A program made the position numbers and the translations under genes. From positions 7,292 through 71,291 of the forward strand of contig CAZAAT010000001.1 of assembly GCA_964483175.1 (NCBI GenBank): DNA of 64,000 bases, read 5' to 3'. This DNA comes from an uncultured Bacilli bacterium. GTDB taxonomy: Bacteria; Bacillota; UBA5301. Below are positions 28,433 to 37,448 of the stretch, one piece after another. The stretch's first letter is position 1. The number at the start of each line of letters is the position of its first letter. Under the pieces are notes generated by a model that saw only the letters and a list, made by a program, of their open reading frames with translations, made no database searches and was not told the origin of the DNA.

Positions 28433-29389
28433 CTACAGATCCAGGTCTGCAAAGGCCTTTTCGATCTCAATACCGGTCAAAGGTCGGGGATAATTGTAAA
28501 AGGTCTGTCCGGGGCGCTCATTGTAATAGGGGCGATTGCATCCGGGACAACCGCTGGTACGAAAAGCTGTACCGGCGGAGAGCAACCCCTCCAACTCGGA
28601 ACGAGAATAGCCGAAATCGCGGATCTGACCGTCCGCAGAAAAAGATAGCTCTAAGGGCAACCCCGAAGCCAACAAGTAATTTAGCACCTGAATCCGACGG
28701 TACTGATCAAGCGGTGGTGGAGGTAGCTTGGCTAACCTGGTCCCGGGAACCGGGGTGAAGGCGAAAAGACCCACCCGCACTCCAACAGACCAAAAATCCT
28801 TTAGGATCTCGGCAGCATCTGCCTCGGTCTCACCAAGTCCGATGATCAAATGGGTCGATATCTTGCCTGGATAAGTTAGGGCTGCCTCTTTAATTAAACG
28901 GTAAACTCGGGAGTAGTCCCCGTTTTTGGTCTGGTGAAAAACCCAAGGAGTCGCGGCATCAAGTGGAATACCGATCCGGTCCAATCCGGCTTGCAGTAGT
29001 CGGCCAACCTCTTCCGTGCTTTCCGGTAGGAGTGAGCTACTGATCGGAATTTCTGCCAGACCCGGAGTTTTCCTAATCTTCCCAACAAGCTCATGCAACT
29101 GGCTCACCCGCTGCGGCCCGATTACGGTTTGGATACAAATGCGGGCAAATGAATTCTGCAGCAATTGCACTTGTTCCGGGCGGAGCAAATCCGCAACCTC
29201 AAAGGTCGGCCAAGAAATCCGCGACAACCACTTGTGGTCACTCTGGCTGGACCTGGCTTGCGGGCAGAAGCCACAATCGCTACGACAGTCACCTGCCATC
29301 AATAAGTAACAGGTCGACGGCTTCTCTACCATCTTTGCCCGAGCGAGGCCCAGGACAACGGCGCTGCCTAAACTGACTCTAATCTGCAT
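28433..29389 (-). CDS. Radical SAM protein, second of a tandem pair in the gcv operon; candidate LipS-type lipoyl synthase subunit
   Basis: Single CxxxCxxC (CRSDCGFC) about 30-50 aa from the N-terminus, a GLGE-type glycine-rich segment, and extra Cys pair CPGC near the C-terminus. The start is ambiguous: 29389 ATG, 29410 GTG or 29332 ATG. No LipA-type N-terminal CX4CX5C. Function inferred from context. Confidence 0.5.
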   Translation of the reverse strand: MQIRVSLGSAVVLGLARAKMVEKPSTCYLLMAGDCRSDCGFCPQARSSQSDHKWLSRISWPTFEVADLLRPEQVQLLQNSFARICIQTVIGPQRVSQLHELVGKIRKTPGLAEIPISSSLLPESTEEVGRLLQAGLDRIGIPLDAATPWVFHQTKNGDYSRVYRLIKEAALTYPGKISTHLIIGLGETEADAAEILKDFWSVGVRVGLFAFTPVPGTRLAKLPPPPLDQYRRIQVLNYLLASGLPLELSFSADGQIRDFGYSRSELEGLLSAGTAFRTSGCPGCNRPYYNERPGQTFYNYPRPLTGIEIEKAFADLDL

Positions 29390-30278
29390 CTCCATCACCA
29401 TAAAGAACACAACACTGCCAAAAATCTTCTTGCAGCATGCCTAGATATTCTGCTAACTGAAGCGCCCCGGGAGTTGGTTGAACTATCGCGTTTACCCCTG
29501 CCAACACGGCATAACGGTCAACTTCTTGACGATATCTGCCCGCCGGCCGCATACAGCCAAGGGTTACCCGCAGTTGCGGATAGTCGCGGCCCAGGGTGGC
29601 AAAGAACTCCGCTACCTCCGAAGGCTGAGGTGGTTGGCGATCAGCCAATCTTGTCCCCTTGGTGGGAATGAAGATCAGTACCACTAATTCACGAAATCCA
29701 GCCTTTTCTAGCAGCTTGACCGCATTTAATTCCGAGCTGAGCCCAGGCTCTTCAGACAGGCCCAGACAGAGATGTGGCACGACGCGCCGAAATCGGGATA
29801 ACAACAACAGCGAGTCCAATGCTTCAGCAACTGAGTAGTTCAAACCATAAATCTTCCGTAGGGTAGATTCATCACCGACAAAATCACAGGAAAAGACGGA
29901 GGCTACCTCAGCAAGTTGCTGAGCAGCCTCGAGACTCTGCACATAACCAGGGTGCAAGTTTAATTTATATTTCTTCCTTAGGGTCTTGATCGTTGCCAAG
30001 TGCGGCAGGATCGGAACAACCCCGGCTCCATCACAAGCCCCGCTAATCAGAAGACTTTTCCACGGGGAGGATTCCCTTTGCGCAACCTCCAGCAGAGGTT
30101 TCATCGCCTTTAGGTAGTGCCCTCCACAATGGGCACAATCCTGTGGACAAGCCTCCGAGGTAACCCTAACGGTTGCGGTGCCTGTCGGACGAACCGCGAG
30201 TAAAGTCGGGGCATGGTATTTTAACCGCTCCTGACGGACCTCCAACAAGCCAAGTTCGAGTTGGCTAAACCTCTCCAC
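29379..30278 (-). CDS. Radical SAM protein, first of a tandem pair in the gcv operon; candidate LipS-type lipoyl synthase subunit
   Basis: 299 aa with GTG start 2 nt after the gcvPB stop (UAAuGUG). CxxxCxxC (CPQDCAHC), ISGACDG SAM-binding-like motif, and additional cysteines (CLGLS, GCMRPAG, C-terminal QCC) that could ligate an auxiliary cluster. Confidence 0.5.
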   Translation of the reverse strand: MERFSQLELGLLEVRQERLKYHAPTLLAVRPTGTATVRVTSEACPQDCAHCGGHYLKAMKPLLEVAQRESSPWKSLLISGACDGAGVVPILPHLATIKTLRKKYKLNLHPGYVQSLEAAQQLAEVASVFSCDFVGDESTLRKIYGLNYSVAEALDSLLLLSRFRRVVPHLCLGLSEEPGLSSELNAVKLLEKAGFRELVVLIFIPTKGTRLADRQPPQPSEVAEFFATLGRDYPQLRVTLGCMRPAGRYRQEVDRYAVLAGVNAIVQPTPGALQLAEYLGMLQEDFWQCCVLYGDGDAD

Positions 30279-30279
30279 A

Positions 30280-31749
30280 TTAACCCCGCCATCTCAGATC
30301 CGGATTGCGAGCTGCCGCGGTTTCATCTAACCTGTACACCGGCAGCTTAGTTGGTGCCTGCTGTAATAGCTCCGGATTTTGCTCGGCTTCGTGGGCAATT
30401 TGACGCATCACCTTGACAAAATCATCCAAGGTCTCTTTGCTCTCCGTCTCCGTAGGCTCGATCATCATCGCCTCCTCGACAATCAGCGGGAAGTAGATCG
30501 TCGGAGCATGAATACCAAAATCGAGCAATCGTTTGGCCATATCCAGAGTTTTCACCCCGTTGGCCTTTTGCCGTGAACCGGATAGCACAAACTCGTGCAT
30601 ACAGCGGCGCTGATACGGCAGATCAAAGTAGTCTTTTAATTGTTCTAACAAATAGTTGGCGTTGAGCACCGCATTTTCCGCAACCGCCTTCAGCCCGCTA
30701 GAGCCCATTTGTCGGATGTAGGTGTAAGCCTTCAACGCTACGAGAAAATTACCGTAGTAACCCTTGACTCTGCCGATTGACTGCGGTAAATCGTAATTAA
30801 ACTGGTAATTATCCGCCGCTTTGATCACTCGTGGTAGCGGCAGAAACGGCTCAAGTATCTTTTTGACACCGACCGGACCGGAGCCCGGGCCGCCGCCGCC
30901 ATGCGGTGCCGCGAAGGTCTTGTGCAAATTTAGATGGATTACATCAAAGCCCATATCTCCCGGACGGGTGATCCCGAGAATGGCGTTGGCATTTGCTCCA
31001 TCATAATACAAGAGTCCGCCGGCATTATGAATAATCTCAGCTATCTCCAGAATGTTCTCTTCAAACAAGCCCAGAGTATTCGGGTTGGTTAACATCAGTG
31101 CTGCTGTTTGCGGACCAACGACCCGCCGCAAAGCCTCAATATCGACATTGCCCCGGTCATCGGATGGCACCTCCACCACTTTGAAACCGCACATAGCCGC
31201 GCTGGCCGGATTGGTTCCGTGCGCCGAGTCCGGAACAATTACCTCTCGGCGCATCGCCAACTCCCCGCGATGGCGATGGTAAGCCTTGATCAACATCAGC
31301 CCTGTCAACTCGCCATGAGCTCCGGCGGCTGGTTGCAGAGTAAAAGCATCCATACCCGTTATTTCACAGAGGTACTGCTCGAGCTCAAAGATCACCTGTA
31401 AAGAACCCTGGCAAGTCTCTTCTGGTTGGAGGGGATGAATACCGGCAAACCCATCCAAGCTGGCCACATCTTCGTTGATCTTCGGATTGTATTTCATTGT
31501 ACAGGAACCAAGAGGATAAAAACCCCTATCTACGCTATGGTTGAGCTCTGACAGTCTGGTAAAATGGCGAACAACCCCGAGCTCACTCACCTCCGGTAAG
31601 ACCGGAGGATTTTGCCGCAACAAGTTTTCTGGGAGGATGGCTGATAAAGGTTGGGCTGGAACATCTAAAGCCGGCAGTGAGAAACCGGTCCGCCCGGGGA
31701 CGCTTTCGGCAAAGATCGGCTTAACTCCAGCGGTATGACTGACTCTCAT
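30280..31749 (-). CDS. gcvPB: Glycine dehydrogenase (decarboxylating) subunit 2 (P-protein C-terminal half, PLP-binding)
   Basis: 489 aa with PLP-lysine motif [18 protein letters not shown]. Overlaps gcvPA by 4 nt. Confidence 0.9.
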   Translation of the reverse strand: MRVSHTAGVKPIFAESVPGRTGFSLPALDVPAQPLSAILPENLLRQNPPVLPEVSELGVVRHFTRLSELNHSVDRGFYPLGSCTMKYNPKINEDVASLDGFAGIHPLQPEETCQGSLQVIFELEQYLCEITGMDAFTLQPAAGAHGELTGLMLIKAYHRHRGELAMRREVIVPDSAHGTNPASAAMCGFKVVEVPSDDRGNVDIEALRRVVGPQTAALMLTNPNTLGLFEENILEIAEIIHNAGGLLYYDGANANAILGITRPGDMGFDVIHLNLHKTFAAPHGGGGPGSGPVGVKKILEPFLPLPRVIKAADNYQFNYDLPQSIGRVKGYYGNFLVALKAYTYIRQMGSSGLKAVAENAVLNANYLLEQLKDYFDLPYQRRCMHEFVLSGSRQKANGVKTLDMAKRLLDFGIHAPTIYFPLIVEEAMMIEPTETESKETLDDFVKVMRQIAHEAEQNPELLQQAPTKLPVYRLDETAAARNPDLRWRG

Positions 31750-33089
31750 AACAACCCCCCCATTACTTTAACCAGATAATCCAGCTCTTCTTTGGTCCGC
31801 TGCTCGGTAACGCAAAAGAGCACTAGATCATCGAGCTCAGGATAGTATCTGGCCAGAGGAAGCGGTCCAAGGATTCCATATTCGACCAACCGGCTGAACA
31901 GCTCTTCCGGGTTGGCCTTGACCCGTAGGGTAAACTCATGGAAAAATGGGCCCGGTAAACCTGGACTGACCCCTTCAATGTTCAACAGTTGATCGTACAA
32001 ATAATGTGCTTTCTGGACGGAATGCTCAGCTACCTTCGCCAAGCCTTGCGGGCCTAACAGCGAAAGATATACTGTTGCCGCCAACGCATTAAGGGCTTGG
32101 TTCGAACAAATATTCGAAGTGGCCTTCTGGCGCCTGATATGCTGTTCTCTCGCCTGCAGAGTCAATACGTACCCGCGGTTTCCTGCGGCATCAGTTGTAG
32201 CCCCGACAATTCGCCCCGGCATGCGCCGCAGATACTTTTCGCGGCAGGCCAGATAGCCCAAGTGAGGGCCGCCAAAAGCCATCGGATTCCCCAACGCTTG
32301 CCCCTCACCACAGGCGATATCTACACCTAATTCTCCTGGTGGTTTCAGTAGACCGAGAGCGATCGGATTGGCCGCACAGATCAGCAAAGCTCCGTGGGCG
32401 TGCGCGATTTCAGCTAGTTGCTCGATACCTTCTTCAATTTGACCAAAAAAATTGGGATATTGCACGATAACTGCAGCGGTTTGCTCATCGACAAGATCCC
32501 GAAGCTGTTCCACAGAAGGCTTTCCGTCACTAAGTGCCCCAACAACCAGCTGTAAATCCAGGAAGTCACAATAAGTCGCTAAAACGCGTTGGTACTCCGG
32601 ATTAATGCTGGCTGAGGCCACAACTTTGGATCGCCGGGTAGCTCCCGTAGCCATTAAGGCCGCCTCCACCAACGCAGTAGCTCCATCATACAAAGATGCG
32701 TTAGAGACATCGAGTCCAGTAAGGTTGCAAATCATGGTCTGATACTCGTAAATAGCCTGGAGGGTTCCTTGGCTAATCTCTGCTTGGTACGGAGTATAGG
32801 CGGTATAGAACTCGGAGCGCCCCAAAATATGCCGAACAACGCTCGGGATATAGTGGTCATATGTACCAGCGCCTAAAAAAACCATAGCCTCAGCTGAACT
32901 AATATTTCGCGCAGCCAAAGACTTCAGGTTTTTTATCAAGATCGGTTCCGGTTCCGGCGCGGGTAATTTCAGCTCTCTGGTCAAGCGCAGACTAGCCGGG
33001 ATATCCGCAAAAAGCTCGGCAACCTGCTCTACGCCAATAGCTGCCAGCATCTCAGCTTGATCGGCAGGGGTATTTGCGATAAATGACAC
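31746..33089 (-). CDS. gcvPA: Glycine dehydrogenase (decarboxylating) subunit 1 (P-protein N-terminal half)
   Basis: 447 aa with N-terminal region ...[15 protein letters not shown]...[13 protein letters not shown] typical of GcvPA. Confidence 0.9.
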   Translation of the reverse strand: MSFIANTPADQAEMLAAIGVEQVAELFADIPASLRLTRELKLPAPEPEPILIKNLKSLAARNISSAEAMVFLGAGTYDHYIPSVVRHILGRSEFYTAYTPYQAEISQGTLQAIYEYQTMICNLTGLDVSNASLYDGATALVEAALMATGATRRSKVVASASINPEYQRVLATYCDFLDLQLVVGALSDGKPSVEQLRDLVDEQTAAVIVQYPNFFGQIEEGIEQLAEIAHAHGALLICAANPIALGLLKPPGELGVDIACGEGQALGNPMAFGGPHLGYLACREKYLRRMPGRIVGATTDAAGNRGYVLTLQAREQHIRRQKATSNICSNQALNALAATVYLSLLGPQGLAKVAEHSVQKAHYLYDQLLNIEGVSPGLPGPFFHEFTLRVKANPEELFSRLVEYGILGPLPLARYYPELDDLVLFCVTEQRTKEELDYLVKVMGGLL

Positions 33090-33093
33090 AGGC

Positions 33094-33477
33094 TCACTCT
33101 CCTTCTATAAAAGCCTCATACTCCTGGTTAGTCATCAGCTTATCGAGTTCGGTTAGGTCCAGCATCTCAATTACCGCAATCCATCCATCGTTATAGGGAT
33201 CCTGATTTAATAATTCCGGACTATCTTCCAAATTGTCATTGACCTCAACAACTGTTCCAGAAATCGGTGCATAAACATCCGATACGGCTTTAACTGACTC
33301 GACCACCGCAAAATCATCGCCCTTAACGACCTCCTGACCGGGCGAGGGAAGGTCGACAAAGACTACATCACCTAATTCTTTTTGCGCATAATCGGTAATC
33401 CCGACAATGGCCCGTTTTCCACTGATTCTAATCCATTCGTGTTCCTTGGTGTACTTTAAATCAGAAGGGTTCATCAC
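33094..33477 (-). CDS. gcvH: Glycine cleavage system H protein (lipoyl carrier)
   Basis: 127 aa with lipoyl-lysine motif FAVVESVKAVSDVYAPISG. Confidence 0.9.
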   Translation of the reverse strand: MMNPSDLKYTKEHEWIRISGKRAIVGITDYAQKELGDVVFVDLPSPGQEVVKGDDFAVVESVKAVSDVYAPISGTVVEVNDNLEDSPELLNQDPYNDGWIAVIEMLDLTELDKLMTNQEYEAFIEGE

Positions 33478-33489
33478 TAATACCTCCGT

Positions 33490-34599
33490 TTACGATCTTT
33501 TTGTATATGGTTGAACAAATGGGACCGAAACTACTTGGGCTTCAACCAGTTTTTCGCGGATCTTGACCCAAATCCTACTTCCCGGCTCTGAATAGGGAAG
33601 GGTTACATAACCAAGGCCGATATTCTCCTCCAAAGTTGGTGCGAAAGAACCACTGGTTACCGACCCAATAACCTCCGCAGAACTATTTAAGATTTCATAT
33701 CCGTGACGGCAGACACCCCGCCCGATCATTTTGAACCCAATCAAAGATCTAGAAAGACCTTCTTCTTTCTTGGCGACTAACGCTTTTTTACCGATAAAAT
33801 CGCCTTTATCTAATTTCACCGTCCAACCCAAACCGGCTTCCCACGGGCTTATTTCCTCAGTCAACTCCTGGCCGTACAACGGATAAGCCAATTCTAAACG
33901 CAAGGTGTCCCGGGCCCCGAGTCCAACGGGCACAAGCCCGGTACCAGCACCGGCCTGCCTCAGCTCTTGCCAGAGAAAGCTTGCATCAGCTGCATCGACA
34001 TATAGCTCAAAACCGCGCTCCCCGGTATAGCCAGTTGCCGAAATCATGGCCGGCCGACCAGCCACCCTGCCCTCGACAAACGAATAGAACTTTAATTGGG
34101 AGAGATCCTCAGAACAAAGCTTGCCTAAAATCTCCTCGCTCTTGGGGCCTTGGATCGCTAACAAGGCGGTTTCGGCCGACTGGTTAACCAAATTAACGCC
34201 GGTACTCGGCAAATAATTGGCGAACCACTCCCAATCCTTGTCGGTATTGGCTGCATTAACCACCACCAGATACCGTTCACGATCGTAGCAATAGACAATG
34301 AGGTCGTCGACGACCCCACCATTTTCAGTACAGACTAAATTATACTGCGCCTTACCTGGCATCAACTTTGCCAGGTTGTTGGTCAAAAGTCGGTTCAAAT
34401 AATCATAAGCTCCCGGCCCTGATACATAGAATTCACCCATATGTGAAAGATCAAACAGTCCTGCGCTATTACGTACCGCCCGATGCTCCTCTAGGATCGC
34501 GGTATATTGAACCGGCATTTCCCAACCGCCAAAAGGAATCATCTTGGCTTTTAGGCCCACATGTTCTGCATAAAGCGGAGTTCTTTTCCATTCAGACAT
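33490..34599 (-). CDS. gcvT: Glycine cleavage system T protein (aminomethyltransferase)
   Basis: 369 aa with the GcvT fold. RBS GGAGG 8 nt before ATG. Confidence 0.9.
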   Translation of the reverse strand: MSEWKRTPLYAEHVGLKAKMIPFGGWEMPVQYTAILEEHRAVRNSAGLFDLSHMGEFYVSGPGAYDYLNRLLTNNLAKLMPGKAQYNLVCTENGGVVDDLIVYCYDRERYLVVVNAANTDKDWEWFANYLPSTGVNLVNQSAETALLAIQGPKSEEILGKLCSEDLSQLKFYSFVEGRVAGRPAMISATGYTGERGFELYVDAADASFLWQELRQAGAGTGLVPVGLGARDTLRLELAYPLYGQELTEEISPWEAGLGWTVKLDKGDFIGKKALVAKKEEGLSRSLIGFKMIGRGVCRHGYEILNSSAEVIGSVTSGSFAPTLEENIGLGYVTLPYSEPGSRIWVKIREKLVEAQVVSVPFVQPYTKRS

Positions 34600-34620
34600 A
34601 CGTCGCCCTCCTTCGCTGAA

Positions 34621-34710
34621 TAAAAAACAGAGTAGAGAATTGGCTCTCCTCTGTCCTGATGCCTGAGAGATAAACTGCTCTGATCGCTACACAGAGGTCT
34701 CTCTTAACTA
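34621..34710 (-). promoter_or_regulatory. Glycine-riboswitch-like leader element with intrinsic terminator (ON-switch architecture) upstream of gcvT
   Basis: Minus-strand RNA reads AAGAGAGACCUCUGUGUAGCGAUCAGAGCAGUUUAUCUCUCAGGCAUCAGGACAGAGGAGAGCCAAUUCUCUACUCUGUUUUUA. The block UCUCUCAGGCAUCAGGACAGAG is identical at 19 of 22 positions to the glycine aptamer 3-prime consensus ACUCUCAGGCAAAAGGACAGAG, and a GAGAGA lies upstream. CAGAGGAGAG/CUCUaCUCUG forms a terminator stem followed by UUUUUA and overlaps the aptamer P1 3-prime strand. The P2/P3a segments and a GCCGAAGGAGCAA core could not be located by eye, so this is a variant, a singlet, or only partly recognised. Confidence 0.4.
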
Positions 34711-34980
34711 GAATCACCCGGCGGGGATGATATTTATTTGCAGTCCACCATCATCTGCTATTATTTTATCTCTTTACTGGATATTCCTACCGCTAAGCCA
34801 AAAGATTTGCTCAAATAGACCAAAAAGCCGACCGAGCTATATAATATGAACGGGTTAGTTCCGTCGGCTGAGGGGGGATACTATGGAACGCATACTCCAA
34901 CTATTACTAAACCCAATCTTAAAAAGGGCACAAAAGACCGTCATTATCATTAGAAAGCGCAGAGCATAGAGTAATTATAA

Positions 34981-35030
34981 CCACCGGAAGTGCGGAAGCA
35001 CCAAGGTGGTGTTTTTTATCCGCACTTCGA
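34981..35030. terminator. Nested inverted repeats spanning the nrdJ stop codon: bidirectional terminator-like structure
   Basis: CCACC(34981-85)...GGTGG(35005-09) hairpin followed by TGTTTTTT on the plus strand. Perfect 10-bp arms GAAGTGCGGA (34987-96) / TCCGCACTTC (35019-28) give a long hairpin on the minus strand after the nrdJ TAA. Confidence 0.45.
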
Positions 35031-37277
35031 ATATCCGCAGGCAATACAGGTAATACAGCCGCTCTCATGGCTCAATTTATGCCCACACTCCGGGCACAAG
35101 GCGAAATCTTCAGCAATGGCCGCTTCTTGCTGGGCAGCCTGAGCACCCTGCGGTTTAAAAGGTAACTGCGGCTGAAAACCACCAAGAACCTGATCCTGGA
35201 ACTTCTTGATCGCTCGGGCAATGGCATCAGGACAAGAGGTCACATTAACCTCCTTACGGCGTACGCAGGCGGCACACCGGATGCCCCGGAGCTGTTCATA
35301 AATGGTTTGCACGGAAATACCGGAGCGCAAGGAGATCGAGATCAGACGGCTGGTAGCCTCAGACTGTGAAGAACAGCCACCCTCTTTGCCGGTATTGGTA
35401 AAGACCTCACAAATCCCGAATTCATCAGCATTTACACTGACGTATAAGGTTCCGCAGCCGACTTTTACCCGTTCGGTCGAACCGGTTGTTAGATCAGGGC
35501 GTGGACGTGGGGTTATATTAGTCGGATAAAGCGGTGCTGCCTCCTCTGTACTGGACTGTTGGGTCGCTTTGGTACCGGCCGTTAACACCTGTGATTCACG
35601 ACTGCCATCCCGGTAAACGGTGACCCCTTTACACCCTTCTTGATAGGCGAGTAGATATGCCTTGGCCACATCTTCCCGGGTAGCGCTCTTGGCAAAGTTA
35701 ATCGTCTTGCTCACAGCATTATCGGTATATTTCTGGAAAGCAGCCTGGATCCTGATGTGCCATTCCGGTTCGATATCGTGGGCGGTTACAAATATCCGCC
35801 GGAACTTCTCCGGAATCGACTCAATTTCTTGAACTGAGCCATGTTCAGCAACTTTCTCCATCAGCTGCGGAGTATAAAAACCCTCTTTCTTGGCGATCTC
35901 CTCGAACAATGGATTAACTTCGACCAATTTCGTGTTATCCATAACATTGCGCACGAAGGCTAAGGCAAATAGCGGCTCGATTCCACCTGATGCCTCAGCA
36001 ATGATGCTGATCGTGCCGGTCGGAGCGATGGTTGTGGTGGTAGCATTACGAACCTTAACTCCCAACGGTTCATAGGTGCTACCCTCATAATTCGGAAAGA
36101 CTCCGCGCTCCTCAGCCAAATCAGCCGAAGCAGCCCGAGCGGTCTGCTGAATGAAAGACATAACCGCTTCTGCTGTTTCTACAGCTTTTTCGGAGTTATA
36201 GGGGACCCCTAATCTAATTAGCAAGTCGGCAAAGCCCATCACGCCCAGTCCGATTTTGCGGTTGGCCTTGACCATTTCAGTAATCCGTTCTAACGGATAC
36301 TTACTGGCATCGATGACGTTGTCGAGGAAGCGAACGGCGATCGTAATTACGCGCTCTAACCGTTCCCAGTCAATTTCCGCGTCCTCGGTGACCATCTTGG
36401 CTAAATTGATAGAGCCGAGATTGCAGGCTTCATAGGGAAGAAGCGGCTGTTCTCCGCATGGGTTTGTGCTCTCAATCTCACCAACTTGGGGAGTAGGATT
36501 GTCCCGGTTAATCTGGTCGATAAAAATAACCCCTGGCTCGCCATTGCGCCAAGCCGCGTCAACGATTTGGTCAAAAACGTCTTGTGCAGAGAGTTTACCC
36601 ACAACTTGGCCATTTCTCGGGTTAATTAACTCATAGTCTCGGTGTTCTTTGAGAGCTACCATAAACTCATCGGTGATGGCAACCGAGATGTTGAAGTTGG
36701 TCAAGTCATCATTATTCTCTTTGGCATTAATAAAAGCGAGAATATCAGGATGGTCAACCCGGAGGATACCCATGTTAGCACCGCGACGAGTGCCGCCCTG
36801 CTTAACAGCGTCTGTCGCGGCATTAAAGACTTTCATAAATGAGATCGGACCGCTGGCAACGCCACCGGTTGATAGTACTTCATCATTACAGGGCCGTAGC
36901 CGGGAGAAGCTAAATCCAGTACCGCCACCGCTCTTATGAATCAATGCGGCATGCTTAATCGAATCAAAAATTGACTCCATCGAGTCCTCAACCGGCAAAA
37001 CAAAACAAGCCGCCAACTGTTGAAGTTCACGGCCGGCATTCATCAGGGTAGGGGAGTTTGGCATAAACTCCAAATTGGTCATAATTTCCAGGAACTGCTG
37101 CTTAATAGCTTCAACAGTCTCCTGGTCTTTGCCGTAACATTCGCTTTCGACATTAGCAATGTTTTCGGCAACACGGTTAAACATCTCATCGGGAGTCTCA
37201 ACTGCCTGTCCATTAACCTTTTTTAGATATCGTTTTTCCAAAACATTCAAGGCATTTTGCGATAACTTAACTCCCAT
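35016..37277 (-). CDS. nrdJ: Adenosylcobalamin-dependent ribonucleotide reductase (class II, NrdJ) with C-terminal Cys4 zinc ribbon
   Basis: 753 aa; class II hallmarks ...MNAGRELQQLAACFVLPVEDSMESI..., thiyl-radical loop ...STNPCGEQPL..., C-terminal CPECGHK...CITCIACGYSKCG. Confidence 0.88.
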   Translation of the reverse strand: MGVKLSQNALNVLEKRYLKKVNGQAVETPDEMFNRVAENIANVESECYGKDQETVEAIKQQFLEIMTNLEFMPNSPTLMNAGRELQQLAACFVLPVEDSMESIFDSIKHAALIHKSGGGTGFSFSRLRPCNDEVLSTGGVASGPISFMKVFNAATDAVKQGGTRRGANMGILRVDHPDILAFINAKENNDDLTNFNISVAITDEFMVALKEHRDYELINPRNGQVVGKLSAQDVFDQIVDAAWRNGEPGVIFIDQINRDNPTPQVGEIESTNPCGEQPLLPYEACNLGSINLAKMVTEDAEIDWERLERVITIAVRFLDNVIDASKYPLERITEMVKANRKIGLGVMGFADLLIRLGVPYNSEKAVETAEAVMSFIQQTARAASADLAEERGVFPNYEGSTYEPLGVKVRNATTTTIAPTGTISIIAEASGGIEPLFALAFVRNVMDNTKLVEVNPLFEEIAKKEGFYTPQLMEKVAEHGSVQEIESIPEKFRRIFVTAHDIEPEWHIRIQAAFQKYTDNAVSKTINFAKSATREDVAKAYLLAYQEGCKGVTVYRDGSRESQVLTAGTKATQQSSTEEAAPLYPTNITPRPRPDLTTGSTERVKVGCGTLYVSVNADEFGICEVFTNTGKEGGCSSQSEATSRLISISLRSGISVQTIYEQLRGIRCAACVRRKEVNVTSCPDAIARAIKKFQDQVLGGFQPQLPFKPQGAQAAQQEAAIAEDFALCPECGHKLSHESGCITCIACGYSKCG

Positions 37278-37316
37278 CGATAATCCCCCTGTATAAAAAA
37301 AGAAAAATGGCTAAAA

Positions 37317-37403
37317 CTACTACATGTAGTAGATAGTTCTAACCTATGATACTATATGTTGTGTTCTGTTGCAAGGATGGTTTGTCATCACCATATATCA
37401 TTA
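37317..37403 (-). promoter_or_regulatory. nrdJ upstream regulatory region: perfect 16-bp palindrome plus two NrdR-box-like sites
   Basis: CTACTACATGTAGTAG (37317-37332) is a perfect palindrome about 40 nt upstream of the nrdJ ATG. aTACTATATgTTGTGt (37349-37364, 14/16 to NrdR box acaCwAtATaTwGtgt) and tCACCATATATCAtta (37388-37403) are spaced about 39 bp start to start. Confidence 0.35.
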
Positions 37404-37448
37404 TTCGCCTCTGATATCATCCTTCCCTATCTGGGTTTTATTTTTCGA

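Noticed and set aside
34741-34900. Second (tandem) glycine aptamer and a clear sigma-A promoter in the gcvT leader
   Set aside because: Only partial resemblances were found (CCGACGGAAC versus CCGAAGGAGC; TTGAGC/TAGGAAT with a 19-nt spacer), which is not convincing by eye. This is left for a covariance-model search.
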